A stretch of 64,000 bases of DNA, from contig NC_087436.1 in the NCBI RefSeq assembly GCF_036321535.1, positions 70,620,001-70,684,000 on the forward strand, read 5' to 3'. The DNA is from Camelus dromedarius. Lineage: Eukaryota. This document shows, piece by piece, positions 50,411 to 63,930 of this stretch; within the stretch, counting starts at the first letter, position 1, and each line of letters opens with the position of its first letter. The translations under genes and the position numbers were made by a program. The notes under the pieces are model-generated. The model worked only from the letters and a program-made list of their open reading frames with translations, was not told where the DNA came from and ran no database searches.

Positions 50411-52857
50411 GTGAGGACATTGTGCACAGTGTTTGTGCTTATTACCCTGTGTTTGGAGGAAGCAGTAGCCTCCAGGCACGCCCGCTTTCAACATGGTATC
50501 AGGGTCTTCAGGAAAGGGTTTTGTTCTGTATTCTCTGAGAAACCCCCCTGCTGAATTCATAGTCTCATTGCCTGGAGGTATCTTAGCCCTGTGTCCCAGC
50601 CAGGAAGTGAAACCAGGAGCTCTGGCACGTGAGCATAGTTAGCTCAATACTTTGAAATTAACTCAAGCTGCCTTATTTGCAAGGAAATTATGGGTACATT
50701 ATTATTGATCTTATCTGATAGGTGGGGAAGCCAGGTCCCTGTATTAACAGATATCAGGACCAGACAAGCCTAGTCCTCTGAACTTCCATTCCATGTTTTG
50801 CTGCCTCCTTATTCCTATAGGAATCTCTCCCATAAGTAAATTCTAACTCAATCATTTTAAACTTACAGAAGAAACAAGATACTGATTCACTTTATATAAT
50901 TTGAAGCATGAAGTTAAAAAAGAAATTCAGACTGGAGTCTCCTAGTGATAAACTAGAGCCTTATAGTTCGTCTGTACTGGACAATGTAAATAAGAAAGGA
51001 AAGGGAAGGAAAAGAAGAAATAAGAGAAAGGCGTACGAGAAGGAATATTATGTTCTTGGAGGAGATTTCTATTCCAGAGTTAGGAAAAATGTAAAAGTAG
51101 CTTCTTGGTAAGGAATAGGATTCTGTACCTCTTAGACCTTTAACATCCATCTTGGTAAACCTGAGTCAGCATCAGAACTTTTTCACAAAAAAGTGCTCAA
51201 TGTGGTCTTCGGAATTTTCTCTTGGAGTAATTCACCATCAATTTATAATGTAGAAGGCATTTGGGAAAAAAAAGAAGATTCATTTTGGTGAAAGTTGCTT
51301 TGCATCTGCTCTGGTAGAACGCATGTAGACATTTGTGTCAGCCAATTAAATGCTGATAGTGCTAGTGATTCTCAATTTTGCCATTAGCTATAGGTCATTG
51401 TCCCTTAAAATAAAAAATGACACACAATCCATGCTTTTTGACTACAGTCTTGTAGTCCCAGAAGCACGGCAGTGTTTGGAGGGCTATGTATACCTGGGCT
51501 TAAATGTAGGGTACATTTTTATTTTTATTATAGAGTCTAGGGAGAAATTTTTATTTATAGAGTCTAGGGAGAAATTTCTTACTGTTTACAGTAAAACAAA
51601 CATAGTTATTATATTATAGACTAGAATGCAAAATGCTTATGAATTTAAAAACTCAACAAGGTACTATGAAGAATTTTTGATGCTTGTGCAGACTATGTCA
51701 GATTACTACCAGATATTTTGGTGGTGTCTCTGCACTCTTCTTGGCCACTTTGGTGGTGAAGGCTTACAAGACCCACATGCATCTTGAGTGGTGAGAGAGA
51801 AGAGAATGCTATTTCCTAAAAATGGATCAGTCAGTGACACCCATGAAAAGAAAGGGCATTGTTGACCTTTGCACTCGTGGATTCTTTTTGTCTCATTTAG
51901 GGAAAATCAGCTCACATCAAAATAAAATCCATGCATAAAAGCAGGCAGAGACAGGTAAAAAGTAGAAATTTAAAGATTCAGGCAGCATGAGTGCCATGGA
52001 TATAAAGGCCTATTATTGTTAAGATGTATACTGATTAGAAATATTTCAAAACTTGAGAAGCGCTTGGAAAAGAGTAAGCACTCAATAAGTGACAGATATT
52101 ATTAGAAACAATTCAATATTATGCTCCCCAGAGAACCCCAGGAAACGTGTTACCATTACGTGACTATAAGAGCCCTTCCCGGGAGAGTAGGGGTCAAACC
52201 CCCGGTAACCATGCTCCCTGGCCTTTCAGGAGACAGGCAGACAACACACATTCAAAATACCAGATCACAGACATAATTCACTGTGGGATTTTGAACTTTC
52301 CGTTTTACTTATTTATTTCTATCTATTTATATGTATATTTATTTACGGAAAAGTCTGTATACTGACTTCTTAGGGAAGTCTGAGTCATCAGACATTAAGA
52401 TTTTTCTAAAGGCAAAAAATACTGTAGGCTGTTTTGAGGTTTGAAGTATTCATAAAGCCAGATGAGGGCTTTGTCAGCACACCTGCACAAAGAACTCCCG
52501 AGTGTCAGCCCCACACCCACCTGAGGCTAATGGAAACTTGCAGCCTTTGTTTTAATTGGATGCTGGCAGAGAAGGTAATGTGAAACCAGGGAAGACATAT
52601 CTGAATGCATTTTCATTGTGAAAAATACAACAAATATATCACTTGGAATTCTATTTCCAAGAAGGATCTTTGTTTTCTTGAAAAAAATGGTATTGAGGCT
52701 TTTACCCATGCATGGCGAGTGCTGGATGAGTTGGCATTAGATAGCTTTTCCTTTGACCTGTTTGCCCTAGGTTGTGTGAAAAGTCTGTCCTAAATAGCTC
52801 AGAGCTGTCTTGGAAGGACTGTGACAATTGCCATTACCTCTCAGGGGTACCAGTAAA

Positions 52858-53110
52858 GCAGTGTGGCAGGGCTTTGAAGTCAGGAAATCTTGTATTCAAG
52901 TCTCAGCTTGGCTAATGCCCAGTGTATGACTTTGGGCAAGTTCCTTTTCCCAAGGTAGCTTTGCCTTACCTTCCTCATCTGTAAAATGGGGTTATAATAG
53001 TACCTATCTTATAGAATTATTTTGAAGAAAAAAATGAGGTATTACAGACAAAATATTTTGGACAGTTTCTAATAAGTAATTCAGTGTTAACCATTTAATA
53101 GCCATTATTA
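52858..53110 (+). mobile_element. MIR SINE
   Basis: MIR core TTGGGCAAGTT...TTCCTCATCTGTAAAATGGGGTTATAATAGTACCTA. Confidence 0.8.
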
Positions 53111-54289
53111 TTAAAACTTAGGGTTCGTAAGGATGAGTGATAGATCGAGCAAACCAGTCTTCATCATTCTCCCTTCTAAGCAGATTTTGTTGGGCGATTG
53201 GCTTATTCTGCAACAGGCCCATTGGTTGCACCCTGTAGTTTTAGAGTTGTTTGGATGAGTGGCATTCATGAAAGATACGTATGTGAATGTGAGGGATTAT
53301 TTAAGCCTATGGAGATGAGATTTGTTTCTGGTGTAGAAAAAGGCAAATGGATAATTTGCATTTTCATGACAATCTCATGTTTTCCAGAAGCCCATAAGAT
53401 TAACAATTGCATATTTCTCCCATCACCTTAACACTTTTTGATAGAAGACTGCTTAGATTCACCATAAATTCAGTACTTTGTGACACCAAACTGAAAAATG
53501 ATAGTGAGAGAATAATATAGTTGCATGTACAGCTAGAGTAAGTATTCTAAAAACAGCAAAAGGCTGGCCTTTTACCACAACATGCACTCCTAGTAAAAGA
53601 ATTTAATCAATGAGTCAATAATATTTAAACTGGCAGATAACTTGTTTTTCAACCCTGGGACAGTGTGTAACAGTGAACCAGCAACTGCGCAGATGGAGTT
53701 GTGATCCTGCACACTGAGAAATGATTTTACAGGAAAGGAAATAGGGTCACTTAATCACTAAGAAAACTGTATTTGTGGCCACAATAATATTGTGGTTTTA
53801 TGGCGCTTTGTGAAGACAGCCCTTCCTCCTCCCTTCCTGATCTTTCTTGTTCTCACTTATTTTCATAAAACTTCATCACCTCCTGAATTTCCTTTTCTGA
53901 ATGCACCTTTTCCTCTTTTCCTCCTGCCTCCATCTGTCGCCCAGTAAATAACCCACATCACACACCCAGGTTCTCATTTATTGAAGAACAAGGAAGCACA
54001 GTTGCAGTTGCTAAAAGGAAAGTCAGCCATGAAGTTTGACGTATCAGTCAGGTTCCTGGCACCTAGGTTTTGTGCTAACATTCCCTTTTCTGAGGAATAG
54101 GGTAGCCATTCATTAATGTAGAGGTAGGAGAAGTTCTGTTTCCCACTCTGCCTTGAAGGTTACATCGCAGAGGTGTATGAGGAGGAAGATGCTTCATTTC
54201 AAAAGCCTAAAGTGAAAATGAAAAATATGCAATTGAAGGACGATTCACAATATTTCTTCTCATCACAAATATCCCAATTTAGGAAATTG

Positions 54290-54520
54290 TTAGTGTGGTA
54301 TAGTATAAACAGTAAGGAGTTTGGAGTAAAGGAAACTGGGTTTGAATTCAGCTCTAAGTAGCCACCTAATCCTGGGCTACGCTAATTTCCTAGTTCTCTT
54401 TGTTTCATAATCTGTGAGCTGGGTTAGTAATTGTACCTACTCTCAGAGGTTACTATAAGGATTAAATGAAATAATCTGTGTAAAATTATCTTGCACTTAC
54501 GAGACACTGAGTAAAAATTT
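54290..54520 (+). mobile_element. MIR SINE
   Basis: CTGGGTTTGAATTCAGCTCT...GTACCTACTC...AAGGATTAAATGAAATAAT. Confidence 0.65.
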
Positions 54521-54914
54521 GTTCTTTTTCTCATTTCTCTTTGTCCCACAAAGGATGCCCCAGCAGATTAATCTTGTAGTTGTGTTCTTTAAAAGGGGGT
54601 CAGACATTAAACTTCCCTTGAAATTTTCCTAGAGAAAGAGACTGACTAAGCTTCCACTGGAAGCTTATCAAACAAGTAAACAAACAAAAGCTAAGGTACT
54701 GTTGTAGATAAATATGAAATACTGAAGCAGTATTTAAAAGAAAAAATGTTAAGGAGTTCAGTGCATCATGTTAGATCATTTAATACTATTCCTCTGAATC
54801 TTAAGGCTACAAAAATATTGTACACTATACGTAGTCATGTAGAAAAAGGCTTTAAAATCCTAGACGTGAGATGTCCAGTTCTTCTTGGAAGAATCTAATT
54901 CATTCAAAAGCAGA

Positions 54915-55306
54915 AATGCACCTAGAGATTATCATACTAAGTGAAGATAAGTCAGAGGAAGACAAGCATCATATATCACATATGTATGGAATCTTAAAAA
55001 ATGACACAAATAAACTTATTTACAGAACAGAAACAGACCAACAGACATAGAAAACAAATTTCTGGTTACCAAAAGAGAAAAAGGGATGGGGGGAATAAAT
55101 TAGGACTTTTGGGATTAGCAGATGCAAACTACTATATATAAAATAGACAGACAACAAGGGCCTACTGTACAGCACAGAGAACTATATTTAATATCTTGTA
55201 ATAACCTATAATGAAAAAGAATATATATATATATAACTGAATAACTATGCTGTATGCTAGAAACTAACACAACATTGTAAATCAACTATACTTAAAAAAA
55301 AAAAAA
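54915..55306 (+). mobile_element. 5'-truncated LINE-1 (ORF2 tail plus 3'UTR, artiodactyl type)
   Basis: CCTAGAGATTATCATACTAAGTGAA (ORF2 C-terminal LEIIILSE), then a typical 3'UTR ending ...AACACAACATTGTAAATCAACTATACTT plus poly(A). Degenerate TSD AAAAGCAGAAAT / AAAAGCTAGAAT. Confidence 0.88.
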
Positions 55307-58300
55307 GCTAGAATTTTGTAAATAGGGAACAGAACATAGACTTTCTTTCTTCCTCTTTTCCTTTCTCCTTCTCTTCCTTCTCCTGCCTTTTTTCCTTCCC
55401 CTTCTGCCATCAACAAAAATTTACTGAGGGTCTAGTTCATTGCTTTTTAAGAATTGTGTTCTACTTGCAGTGAAGTAGAACACACACCATACACACACCA
55501 CATGCTTACACGTGCGCAGGTGCACACACATACATATATATACACATGGTGGTTTTTATCAAATGTGTTTTTTTTTAAAAAGTGTTAATTACTTTTTGAA
55601 TGAACGATCAGAAATCCATTTGATGAAGACTTTTAGAAATAATTTCTACCCTAGTGCCTGTGTTCATTTACCTAATGTGTCAAGGTTGCAGTGACTACAC
55701 ACTCAAGGGTGTGTTAATATTTTGGAAAAGGTCAAAATAAATTTTCTGACCAGGTGTTGGTTTTGTATCTGGAGGGGGAAAAGTACTTACTAAATATGAT
55801 AAACAAATTAGGAAGGCAAGAAAAGTTGCCTCTAGGAGATAGACACTATATTTTACTCTCAGCAGGAGGGATATATTTTATTTATTTAGGGTTGACTGCT
55901 CCAGGGAGAACATGCTTAATAATGGATGAATGATTAAGAGGAATAAAGCCTTTCTCAGGCGCCAAGTGCATCGCTGTCTGTAGTATCTCTAAGTGAAACA
56001 CGGCCTTTTCCCTGGTATGAAACTGTTGGACCAAGTCAAGCAATTGGAATTAAGCATGGCTTCCATTTCGGTTTATTCACAGCAGGGGGAGGCTTCCAAA
56101 TGCTCCAAAATAGTTGTCACCAGAGTGGAATTTCATCACCATTTTTTTCCTATATAATTTTTCTATTATCTTAATAAATGCTATGCACCAATATGTTATA
56201 ACCATTAAAAAGAGCTGCTGGATCGTGTTTCCTGTGGTCCCATATTATAGTCAATATGTGTTTCATAATTAGCACATTTAAAGAAAATTAGGTCATGGAA
56301 GATAATCCTGATTCATCTTCCATGCCCTGCACCATAGTCTATGCGATCTGCAGTTTTATTTTTATTATATGTCATTCCCTCTTTAGATGATACAGTAGGT
56401 TTAATCATAGACTGATGGCTAAACGGGAAGTGCAGGGCCTTCTATGGGAGCCCCACTTAGGCTCTGTGTCTGCCAAGATGCTTTCCCAGCACGTCTGGCA
56501 CTGTGTCATCCATGGTGACATGGTCTTTTGAGATAGCCATGGATATTTGAAAGACTCATCATTTCAGTCTCCTTTTATTGACCTAACGTATGTTTTAGCA
56601 GTGTCTGTGTAACACTTGCAGGAATGAGAAAAGAAGCAGTGAATTTGGATAATCACCAGACCTGGATAATGGCCTAGTGTTGGGTTGGAATAAAACACAG
56701 ATTTGGAAAATGTACCCCAGAATAGTGTCCATGCATATCCTAAATGTAATGGTGGGTAGGTATGGAAGAGAAGTTTGGAGAAAAGTAGTGGCTAAATATA
56801 TCCCACTTAATACCAGATGGTAGCTCAGCTCCAGTGCAGTGTCATAGGTGAACGTGTCCGGTGGATTAAAGGGCTCGTAACTTGAACTTGTCTAGTGACA
56901 GTGAAAATCTCACACATGAGGCTTGGTAAAAATACTTAGGAAAACAAAAAGGATAATAACAACAAAGAGTGAATAAAAACTTGCCATTAATTTTGTTTAA
57001 GACATAAGGCTGAGATAGTGGCAGCTAATTTCTCAAGAGCTGCTTTTCCCAAAGTTTTCCTCATTCACCTTGTCATCCTAACAAAAGCCATTTTTTGCCC
57101 TCTTATTGGTCTAGAGACTTAGAGTATAAATATTTGACTTTATCAAGAAACACTTGTGTGCTCAAGTTACCAAAGACCTTTCAATAAATCTGACATAACC
57201 ACACAGGCAAGAAACTTACTCAGTTTTATTCTAGATCTATGTTCTTGTTATGTAGTTTCCTTAAGATGTTACTTAAATAGAATGGAATAAAAGTTTCTTT
57301 ATTGTGGAGACTACTCTTAAATTTTTTCTTATTCAGAGCAGGTTAATCAGTTCCATGCTAGGAGGGAATGCTGAGGGCAGAAATTCAGATTTGACTAACA
57401 TTTATTAAGCACCATCCAAATGCCAGAGGTTTTATTAGTGGACTTTAATAAACTATATTTTATCGCATAAACCTTGTGAGGTAGCTGACATTCTTCCTGG
57501 GGTGAAATTCTGCTTTCTCTGGGTCATAAAGCTACTAGTAATCTTGGCTACCATTTATTTAGTTTACCTGGTATTGGACACTGTGTTAGCAATTTTACCT
57601 ACATTGTCTTATTTAATTCACATGGAAACCATGTGAGGTGGATGGTGTCAAATCCAGTTTCACAAATGTAGGACCTGTGGTGAAGAGGAGTGAGGTAACT
57701 TCTTGACAGTTGTGTGGCAAGGGAGTCTGGGGACACTGTGTTCCAGAAGGTGGAGGAGCCAGAAGTCCAGCGTGGTCCTCCTGCACGCCTTTCTCCACAC
57801 TGTGACGTGCTGGCGCGTCAGAGCAGAGAGATCTGCCTCAGTGGCTGGTTGTTGCTCATAGTTGACCTCTTAGCCTCAAGTGAGCTTTTGTGCGTATTCC
57901 TGTCGGTATTGTTCCTGCGGAGGATTCATGTGGCTAGTTCCTGGTACTAGATCACTGGAGGATAAAGAAGAACAGCCTTACCCAGTACAGTTGACATTCC
58001 CTACGTAGAAACTGCACTAACACTGACATGTGGATATCACCTCTTTTTTCGGCTTATAGTTCCTGCAGCCTGTTCTTTCTCTAGATCTCTCAGTAAACAT
58101 AAAAAGAAAAGCCAGTTGAAGATGGAAAACTCATAGACACCTTTTTAAACATCTGTTACTGACAGTGAACATTCCTCCATTCCAGAGGATCGGCTAGAAT
58201 TTGATACACGGAAAGAAGGATCAAGAAGTGAAAATCCAAGGGACGTAAAATGATCAACCAGTGGAAATACCCTGAAACCAAGTACAGGACACAGAGTGTC

Positions 58301-58741
58301 CCAGCTAATTCTAAATTAGCCAGATTCCTTGGGCAAAGAGTTTCTTTGTTTTGTAAGCCATTGGGCTGAGCAAATAGTGAAGAGAAACAGAATGCAGTGT
58401 ATTTTGGCTTTTCCATTTCACCTTTCCAGAAGCCTAATTAAACATATTACAAATCCTGTATACACAGGTCATTCTGCAATTGGTTGCCAAAGTATCTGCT
58501 TCATATGTGTCTGGATCCAAGTGGTGACCAGGGGCTCTTGTAGACCAAGTTCCCAATTGGAATTGATCGTTTTCTCTCCTGTGAGCTTAAAGGAATTTAT
58601 TTTTAAACTTATTTATGGACTCTACAATATTCTGCCAATATGTATTTATGGAAGTTCTTGTTTATATATTTATTTTGAAGGCTTTCTCTTGAAGCAACTA
58701 CTTATTAAAATAAGTAGGAAATGTATATACTTCTTATGGTC

Positions 58742-58838
58742 TTTTTTTTTTTTTTCTTAATGGAGGTGCTGGGGATTAAACACAGGACCTTGTGTGTGCT
58801 AAGCATGTGCTCTACCACTGAGCTATACCCTTCCCCCC
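58742..58838 (-). mobile_element. tRNA-derived SINE (Vic-1-like)
   Basis: GGAGGTGCTGGGGATTAAACACAGGACC...CTCTACCACTGAGCTATACCCTTCCCCCC with a poly-T tail. Confidence 0.87.
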
Positions 58839-59997
58839 CTTACTGTCCTTTTGATACTGCTCTTTTGGGATTTTAAGAGCCAATGTGCTTTCATAGCTTA
58901 TTTCAAAGGAAAATGGAAAAGATAAAAAGAATTTAGTTAGCAAATTGACATGTATCCAGAACTTGAGAGAAGTTACTAAAAGTTCGGATTGGAATCCTGT
59001 TTTAGTTCACTCGTGGTCTTTATTATCTGTCATTCATTTCACAAAGAAAGAGCCTGGAATACCTCCCTCCTCCCTCCTCACTCCTTACTCCTTGTTTTCA
59101 GGCAGAGATGTGTGTTGCAAAAAGACCTTCACTCTCTTGTGACAGGAAGCTCATAAAATTGCATTCAAGAATCTAGCTCAGGAAGAGCAGCTTCTAGACA
59201 CCTTCTAAATAGTGCTTTTGATTTCACGTATGCTAGTTTCCTTCGAATGTTCAGACAAGTCAGACATTTCAATTTACAGACAAGACCCACGTCATCTAAC
59301 ATTGGCAAGCACTCTCCCACCTTGAATTCTGTGACCACACGAATCATCCTGATTTTGGTGAACAGAAATGCTGGGTAGGAAAAGGAAGAATGGTGTACAG
59401 GGTTTAGGTACCAGCTCCACTTCTAGTTGACTCTGTAACCCTGGGCGAGAAACCTGACATATTTTGCGTCTGGGTCCCATTCAAAGTAAAACCAGTATAA
59501 AAGTATACCTGTTAACATGCGCTTGTCTGTTTCAATGTGAACAAGTGGAATAATTATAAGAAAATGTACTTTAAGCATTTTAGAGCAAAATAGTAATAAA
59601 ATTCTAGGTTTTGTTAATAATAATTTACTAGCATCTTCTTCCTTTATGGAATGGATTCATGCTAGGTCTTTCTGTTTGGGCCAAGCATCCTTTATCCTAT
59701 TTTGACTCTTTCGGTGGCATGTAGTGAAACAGAGAGAATAAGAAAACAGTGTGCATGTGTACTTGTTTTACTGATAGACTAGGGAAGCCCTGGCAGCAGC
59801 TAGCACTAGGTTAAAAGATGAACAATTCCAGAGCCTTCAAAGATCAGAATGGATTGAGAAAAACTAGGACTGAAGCTTAATAGTCTCTCCTTTTATTTGT
59901 TTTCCTTATTTCAATTCTTTTGCCTTTATCTGCTCTCATTCACTTATAGTCATTAAATGGCCCCTTTCCTAGCTTCTTTTATTGACAGTGAACAGAA

Positions 59998-60510
59998 TTT
60001 TTTTTCAGCTTTATTGACATATAATTGACAAGTAAGATTGTAATATATTTAAAGTGTACAACATGACAATTTCATATTCTTATACATTCTGAAAGGATTC
60101 CCACTAAGTTAACACATCCATGACCTCGTGGATTTGATTTGATTTGATTTGATTTGGTGAGGACATTTAAGTTCTACTCTATTAGGGAATTTCAACTATA
60201 CAATACAGTATTATCAACTATAGTCATTGTGTTACACGTTAGAGCCTCAGATCTTAGTTCTCTTACAACTGAAAATGTGTACCCTTTTACCAGCTCTACC
60301 TATTCCCCTAACCCCTACCTCCTGGCAACGACCATTCTACTCTCTGTTTCTGTGGGTTTGACTTCTTTTTTTTTGGAGATTCCATCTATAAATGATCCAG
60401 TGCAATGTTTGTCTTTCCTTGCCTGGCTTATTTCACTCAGCATAATGTCCTCCAGGTTCATCCATGCTTTTGCAAATGGCAGGATTTCCTTCTTTTTAAA
60501 GGTTGGATAA
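59998..60510 (-). mobile_element. LINE-1 3' end (L1MA-like), antisense
   Basis: CAGCTTTATTGACATATAATTGACA...CTTATTTCACTCAGCATAATGTCCTCCAGGTTCATCCATG is the reverse complement of an L1 3' end. Flanked by AACAGA(A/T)..TTT direct repeats. Confidence 0.85.
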
Positions 60511-61654
60511 TCAACAGATATTTTTGTGTTCCTGTTGGTGAAGGACCAGACTGATCAGATTCTGGGAAAAAGCAATGAAGGCCTGCCCCTTCTATTCTTC
60601 CTTCAGGGATCTTATATTCTAAATTTCAGCAGTCAAAGGAACCTGTTTGTTTCTCCTTGAAAGTTTATATAAGGGGGACCTAACACATGGCAGACTGAAA
60701 AGGCAGACTAGGGGCTTGGGAACTGGGTGGAGGGGGAATGCTCTGGGACCAAATAATAATTAGCAATTTGGATGTTAAATGAATTTTGTGATCCTCAAAG
60801 ACAAAAACTTGGTAAGTGTAATTTTACATTATTTCCATAAATTAGGGATAGTCTCTGCATAATAATTTATTTTCTAAAACATAATGCTTCACATAATAGG
60901 GAAAAGATTTATCTGTTAAAGAAAGATCTTGTAATTATATATATAGAATACTTTTAAAATACTGTTTTAATTTTAGACTCATAAATAGAAAACAATGAAA
61001 TAATTCGAAAAGGAGGATTGGTTTAATAAGTAAATTGAGTTCTTCTGCAAGTGACATCTTAATAAATCTACAAATGATGCCAAATTATATGAAAATAATT
61101 TAAAAACTAGATTGTTCATGTCCATTATATTTATATAATTTATTATTTATTTAGTACTTTGTTGTTGTTGTCACACATTGTGCCAAGATATCCTTTCTCA
61201 AATGAAGTCCAAATTTCCAGAATTCCTAATCAGTTAATTCCTAATTAGTAAAGCTTCAATTTTTGAGTTTTGACTGTATATGAAGCCAGTAATCAACTTC
61301 CTCACTTATTTAACAGCCATTTTTTCCACTGGGCAAAATATATTGAGTGCCTTTTAGTAACCAAGAAGTTTTTTTTTTTTTAAAACCTGAAACAAATAAA
61401 TTACAATACCATCTCCTTAAATATTTGTCATTGTTTCTTAGCAGATGAGAGCACAACAGACGTGTCCAATTTTTTGGTTTTTTTGTCTAGGTGAAAGGTG
61501 AATACAGTTACAATAAATAAAAGTTTATTGTGCCTTTATGTTGTTATTGAAGACATTTTTTAATTCCCAGTCCTGCTTTTTTAGTTTCCTGATTATGCAT
61601 ATCATTCATTTAAATTTTATTTTTGTAGTAAAAAAAATTATCTTTTTCTTACAG

Positions 61655-61725
61655 TTAATATTTCAGTATCTAATGATACCATATTGGCTCCTGAGGATTT
61701 GCCAACTATTTCTTCTACTGGCATG
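61655..61725 (+). CDS. SLC4A4: SLC4A4 coding exon (approx. exon 15), 71 nt, extracellular loop 3: (V)[23 protein letters not shown]
   Basis: Acceptor tctttttcttacag|TT and donor ATG|gtaagt. The phase 1 start fits the previous exon. It has N-I-S and N-D-T sequons and resembles the recalled human [24 protein letters not shown]. Confidence 0.93.
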
Positions 61726-63109
61726 GTAAGTGACTTAATATTTCAAATCATTTGCATATTGTATATTCTAATTATAATATTCATATGCTATCTCCCACCA
61801 TTCAGCAATCTAGTCTGAACACGTATTTAATAACCAGTGATAAGTGGAGGGACAGAAAAAACATTTTCTGTGTTCTGGTCAGCTTTGTTTCCTTTTCTTT
61901 TTTCTTTTAAACTGAAGTGAGTATTTACTCCTACAACATACTTTTCAAACCTTCTCAGAAATTTAACTGTTCTGTCCATTAGTGGTCACCTTGAAATATT
62001 TTCACAAAGGAAAGCGAGGTAAGCTGACAAATGAGAGCGTGGTATCCTTTCTTTGTTTCTAGTATGATTGCGAATTCTTCTGACTCCCAGATGGTGCTGT
62101 GTTCCCTTCACTGAGGGTGATGGTAGCAGGACATTTCCCGTGTCACTGTGAAAGGACTGTGCCTCTGTCACATGACGTCCTTTCCCATGGCTTGTAACCA
62201 AGGATCTTTAAGAGACTGGAACTAAGCTTTAAAAATGAGCTGTTTTGCATGGAAGTTCGCACCCTGGAAGGAGACTTTTGTGTTGGAGAGAAAGGGGAAA
62301 GTGCTGTTTCAGACTTGCAATTGTGCTCGTTCTGCACTGGCTGTGGAAGCTTACCAAAGAATATCAATCTCTCAGTTATGAAGACAGACACCATAAGACT
62401 TTGTATTGATAGAGTGCCCATCTCTCAGGAGACCAGAACACTCCTGCGGATATTGCATAACGAGTGCCCACGTCACCCCTTTCAAAGATGATGTTTTGAA
62501 TCTTTCCTGGACAACTCTCATGTTCTCTCTCGTTTTCATATTCAACGGCTCTCTTCACTTTTTTACTTACTGTTTTCTCTGCCTTTCCCCAAACTTTGCC
62601 TCTCTGTTTCTTCCATGTTTGAGAGTGTGTGTGAGTGTGTGTGTAAGAGAATACGTGTATGTTTAAAGGGCACATTCAGAAAAGAGCTCAGTTTTCAGTC
62701 TTGAGTCAGCCAGCCTAGTGCCTTAAAGGATGTGACTAAAACACCGAAAAATACATCCTTCTAGACTTTCAAGAAATTTAATTAAAATCTAATTAAAAAT
62801 TTAAACTCTACATGTAATTAATTAAAATGGTAAGTTAATTTGCAATAAAAATTAATAAAACACTCACTTCCAGTGACTTAAAAAGAGATTGTTTCCTAAT
62901 TTAATTCTTTTTGTAACTGATCAAGGAAAGCTTTGAAATTAATGAATTTTTAAGCCCTGTCTTTGGGCAAGTTCTAGAGAGACTCTCATAATTGATACTG
63001 TAATTATAGCAAGATGTCATTGTAAGATTCATGGAAAACAAATGGGAGTTGTGGTTGACTTCTGGTACAACTATGACAGAGGACATAAAGATACAATAAT
63101 GATTGTAAT

Positions 63110-63360
63110 TTTGCTGCCATTTATAGAGCATCTACAGGAGACCAGGTGTTTTATACATATTATCATCATTATAAACCTTAATATGTATTATAATCATTAA
63201 CACCAACTACCAGGCAAGATTACCTTCATTTTCTAGATGAGAGAAACTGAAGCTCCGGGAGGTAAACAGCCTTTCTAGCTCCAGGTCACAGAGCCGTACA
63301 TTAGTAGAGCAGAGATTGAACTGAGGTCTGGGTTCCATGACCTGTGGTCCTGCTGCTGCA
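63110..63360 (-). mobile_element. MIR SINE
   Basis: CATTTTCTAGATGAGAGAAACTGAAGCTCCGGGAGGTAAA...AGGTCACAGAGC. Confidence 0.7.
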
Positions 63361-63634
63361 CCGCGATGCTTCAGTGTTTGCAGATTGAACTGTGTCCTTT
63401 TTTTAGTCCCTATGAATGGTCTGTGCTCCAGGACAACAGTCCCCTCATGTGTGTGTCAGTGGCATACCTTAATTAAAATGTTAAGTTGCTCTGTCCAGCA
63501 CCTCTAGGGAAGAAATTAGGGGGAAAATATGTAGTGTGTGTGTAATTATGAAGAACAACTTTTGTTCTGTTCATTTCTCCTTTTCTATCTGTATCAATTC
63601 CTTTTTGTATACTTTGTGTAGACACAGACACTAA

Positions 63635-63663
63635 ACACACACACACACACATACACACACACA
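63635..63663. repeat. (CA)n microsatellite with one TA interruption
   Basis: acacacacacacacacatacacacacaca. Confidence 0.9.
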
Positions 63664-63704
63664 TGATCCAGGAATGAGAGTTAAAGAGATAATGATTTAT
63701 TATC

Positions 63705-63930
63705 ATCAGTAATAGTACCTAAAGTTGAGCACCAACTAGGGGCCAGGCTGTTTACATTAATTGTCTATAATCATCACAATAACTTTGTGAGTTAATATGT
63801 TACTGGTATTTTATTGATGAAACAGAGGCTTATAAAGGTTAGCTGACTTTCCAAAGGCCATATGACCAGTATATAGTAAAACTGGAATTTGAACTCAGGG
63901 CTTTCTAACTCCAAAATCTGCCTGTTTCCA
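63705..63930 (-). mobile_element. MIR SINE
   Basis: AATCATCACAATAAC...GATGAAACAGAGGCT...GAATTTGAACTCAGGGCTTTCTAACTCCAAA. Confidence 0.7.

Noticed and set aside
50908..51111. Lys/Arg-rich 67-aa ORF as a micropeptide or processed pseudogene
   Set aside because: The basic composition follows from an A/G-rich tract. There is no recognisable parent protein, poly(A) tail or TSD.
26..63706. The many 60-165 aa ORFs of the six-frame track as independent genes
   Set aside because: They have no recognisable domains and mostly overlap repeats or low-complexity intron. Only 18334.., 27593.., 30616.. and 50041.. contain real coding sequence, and only between their splice sites.
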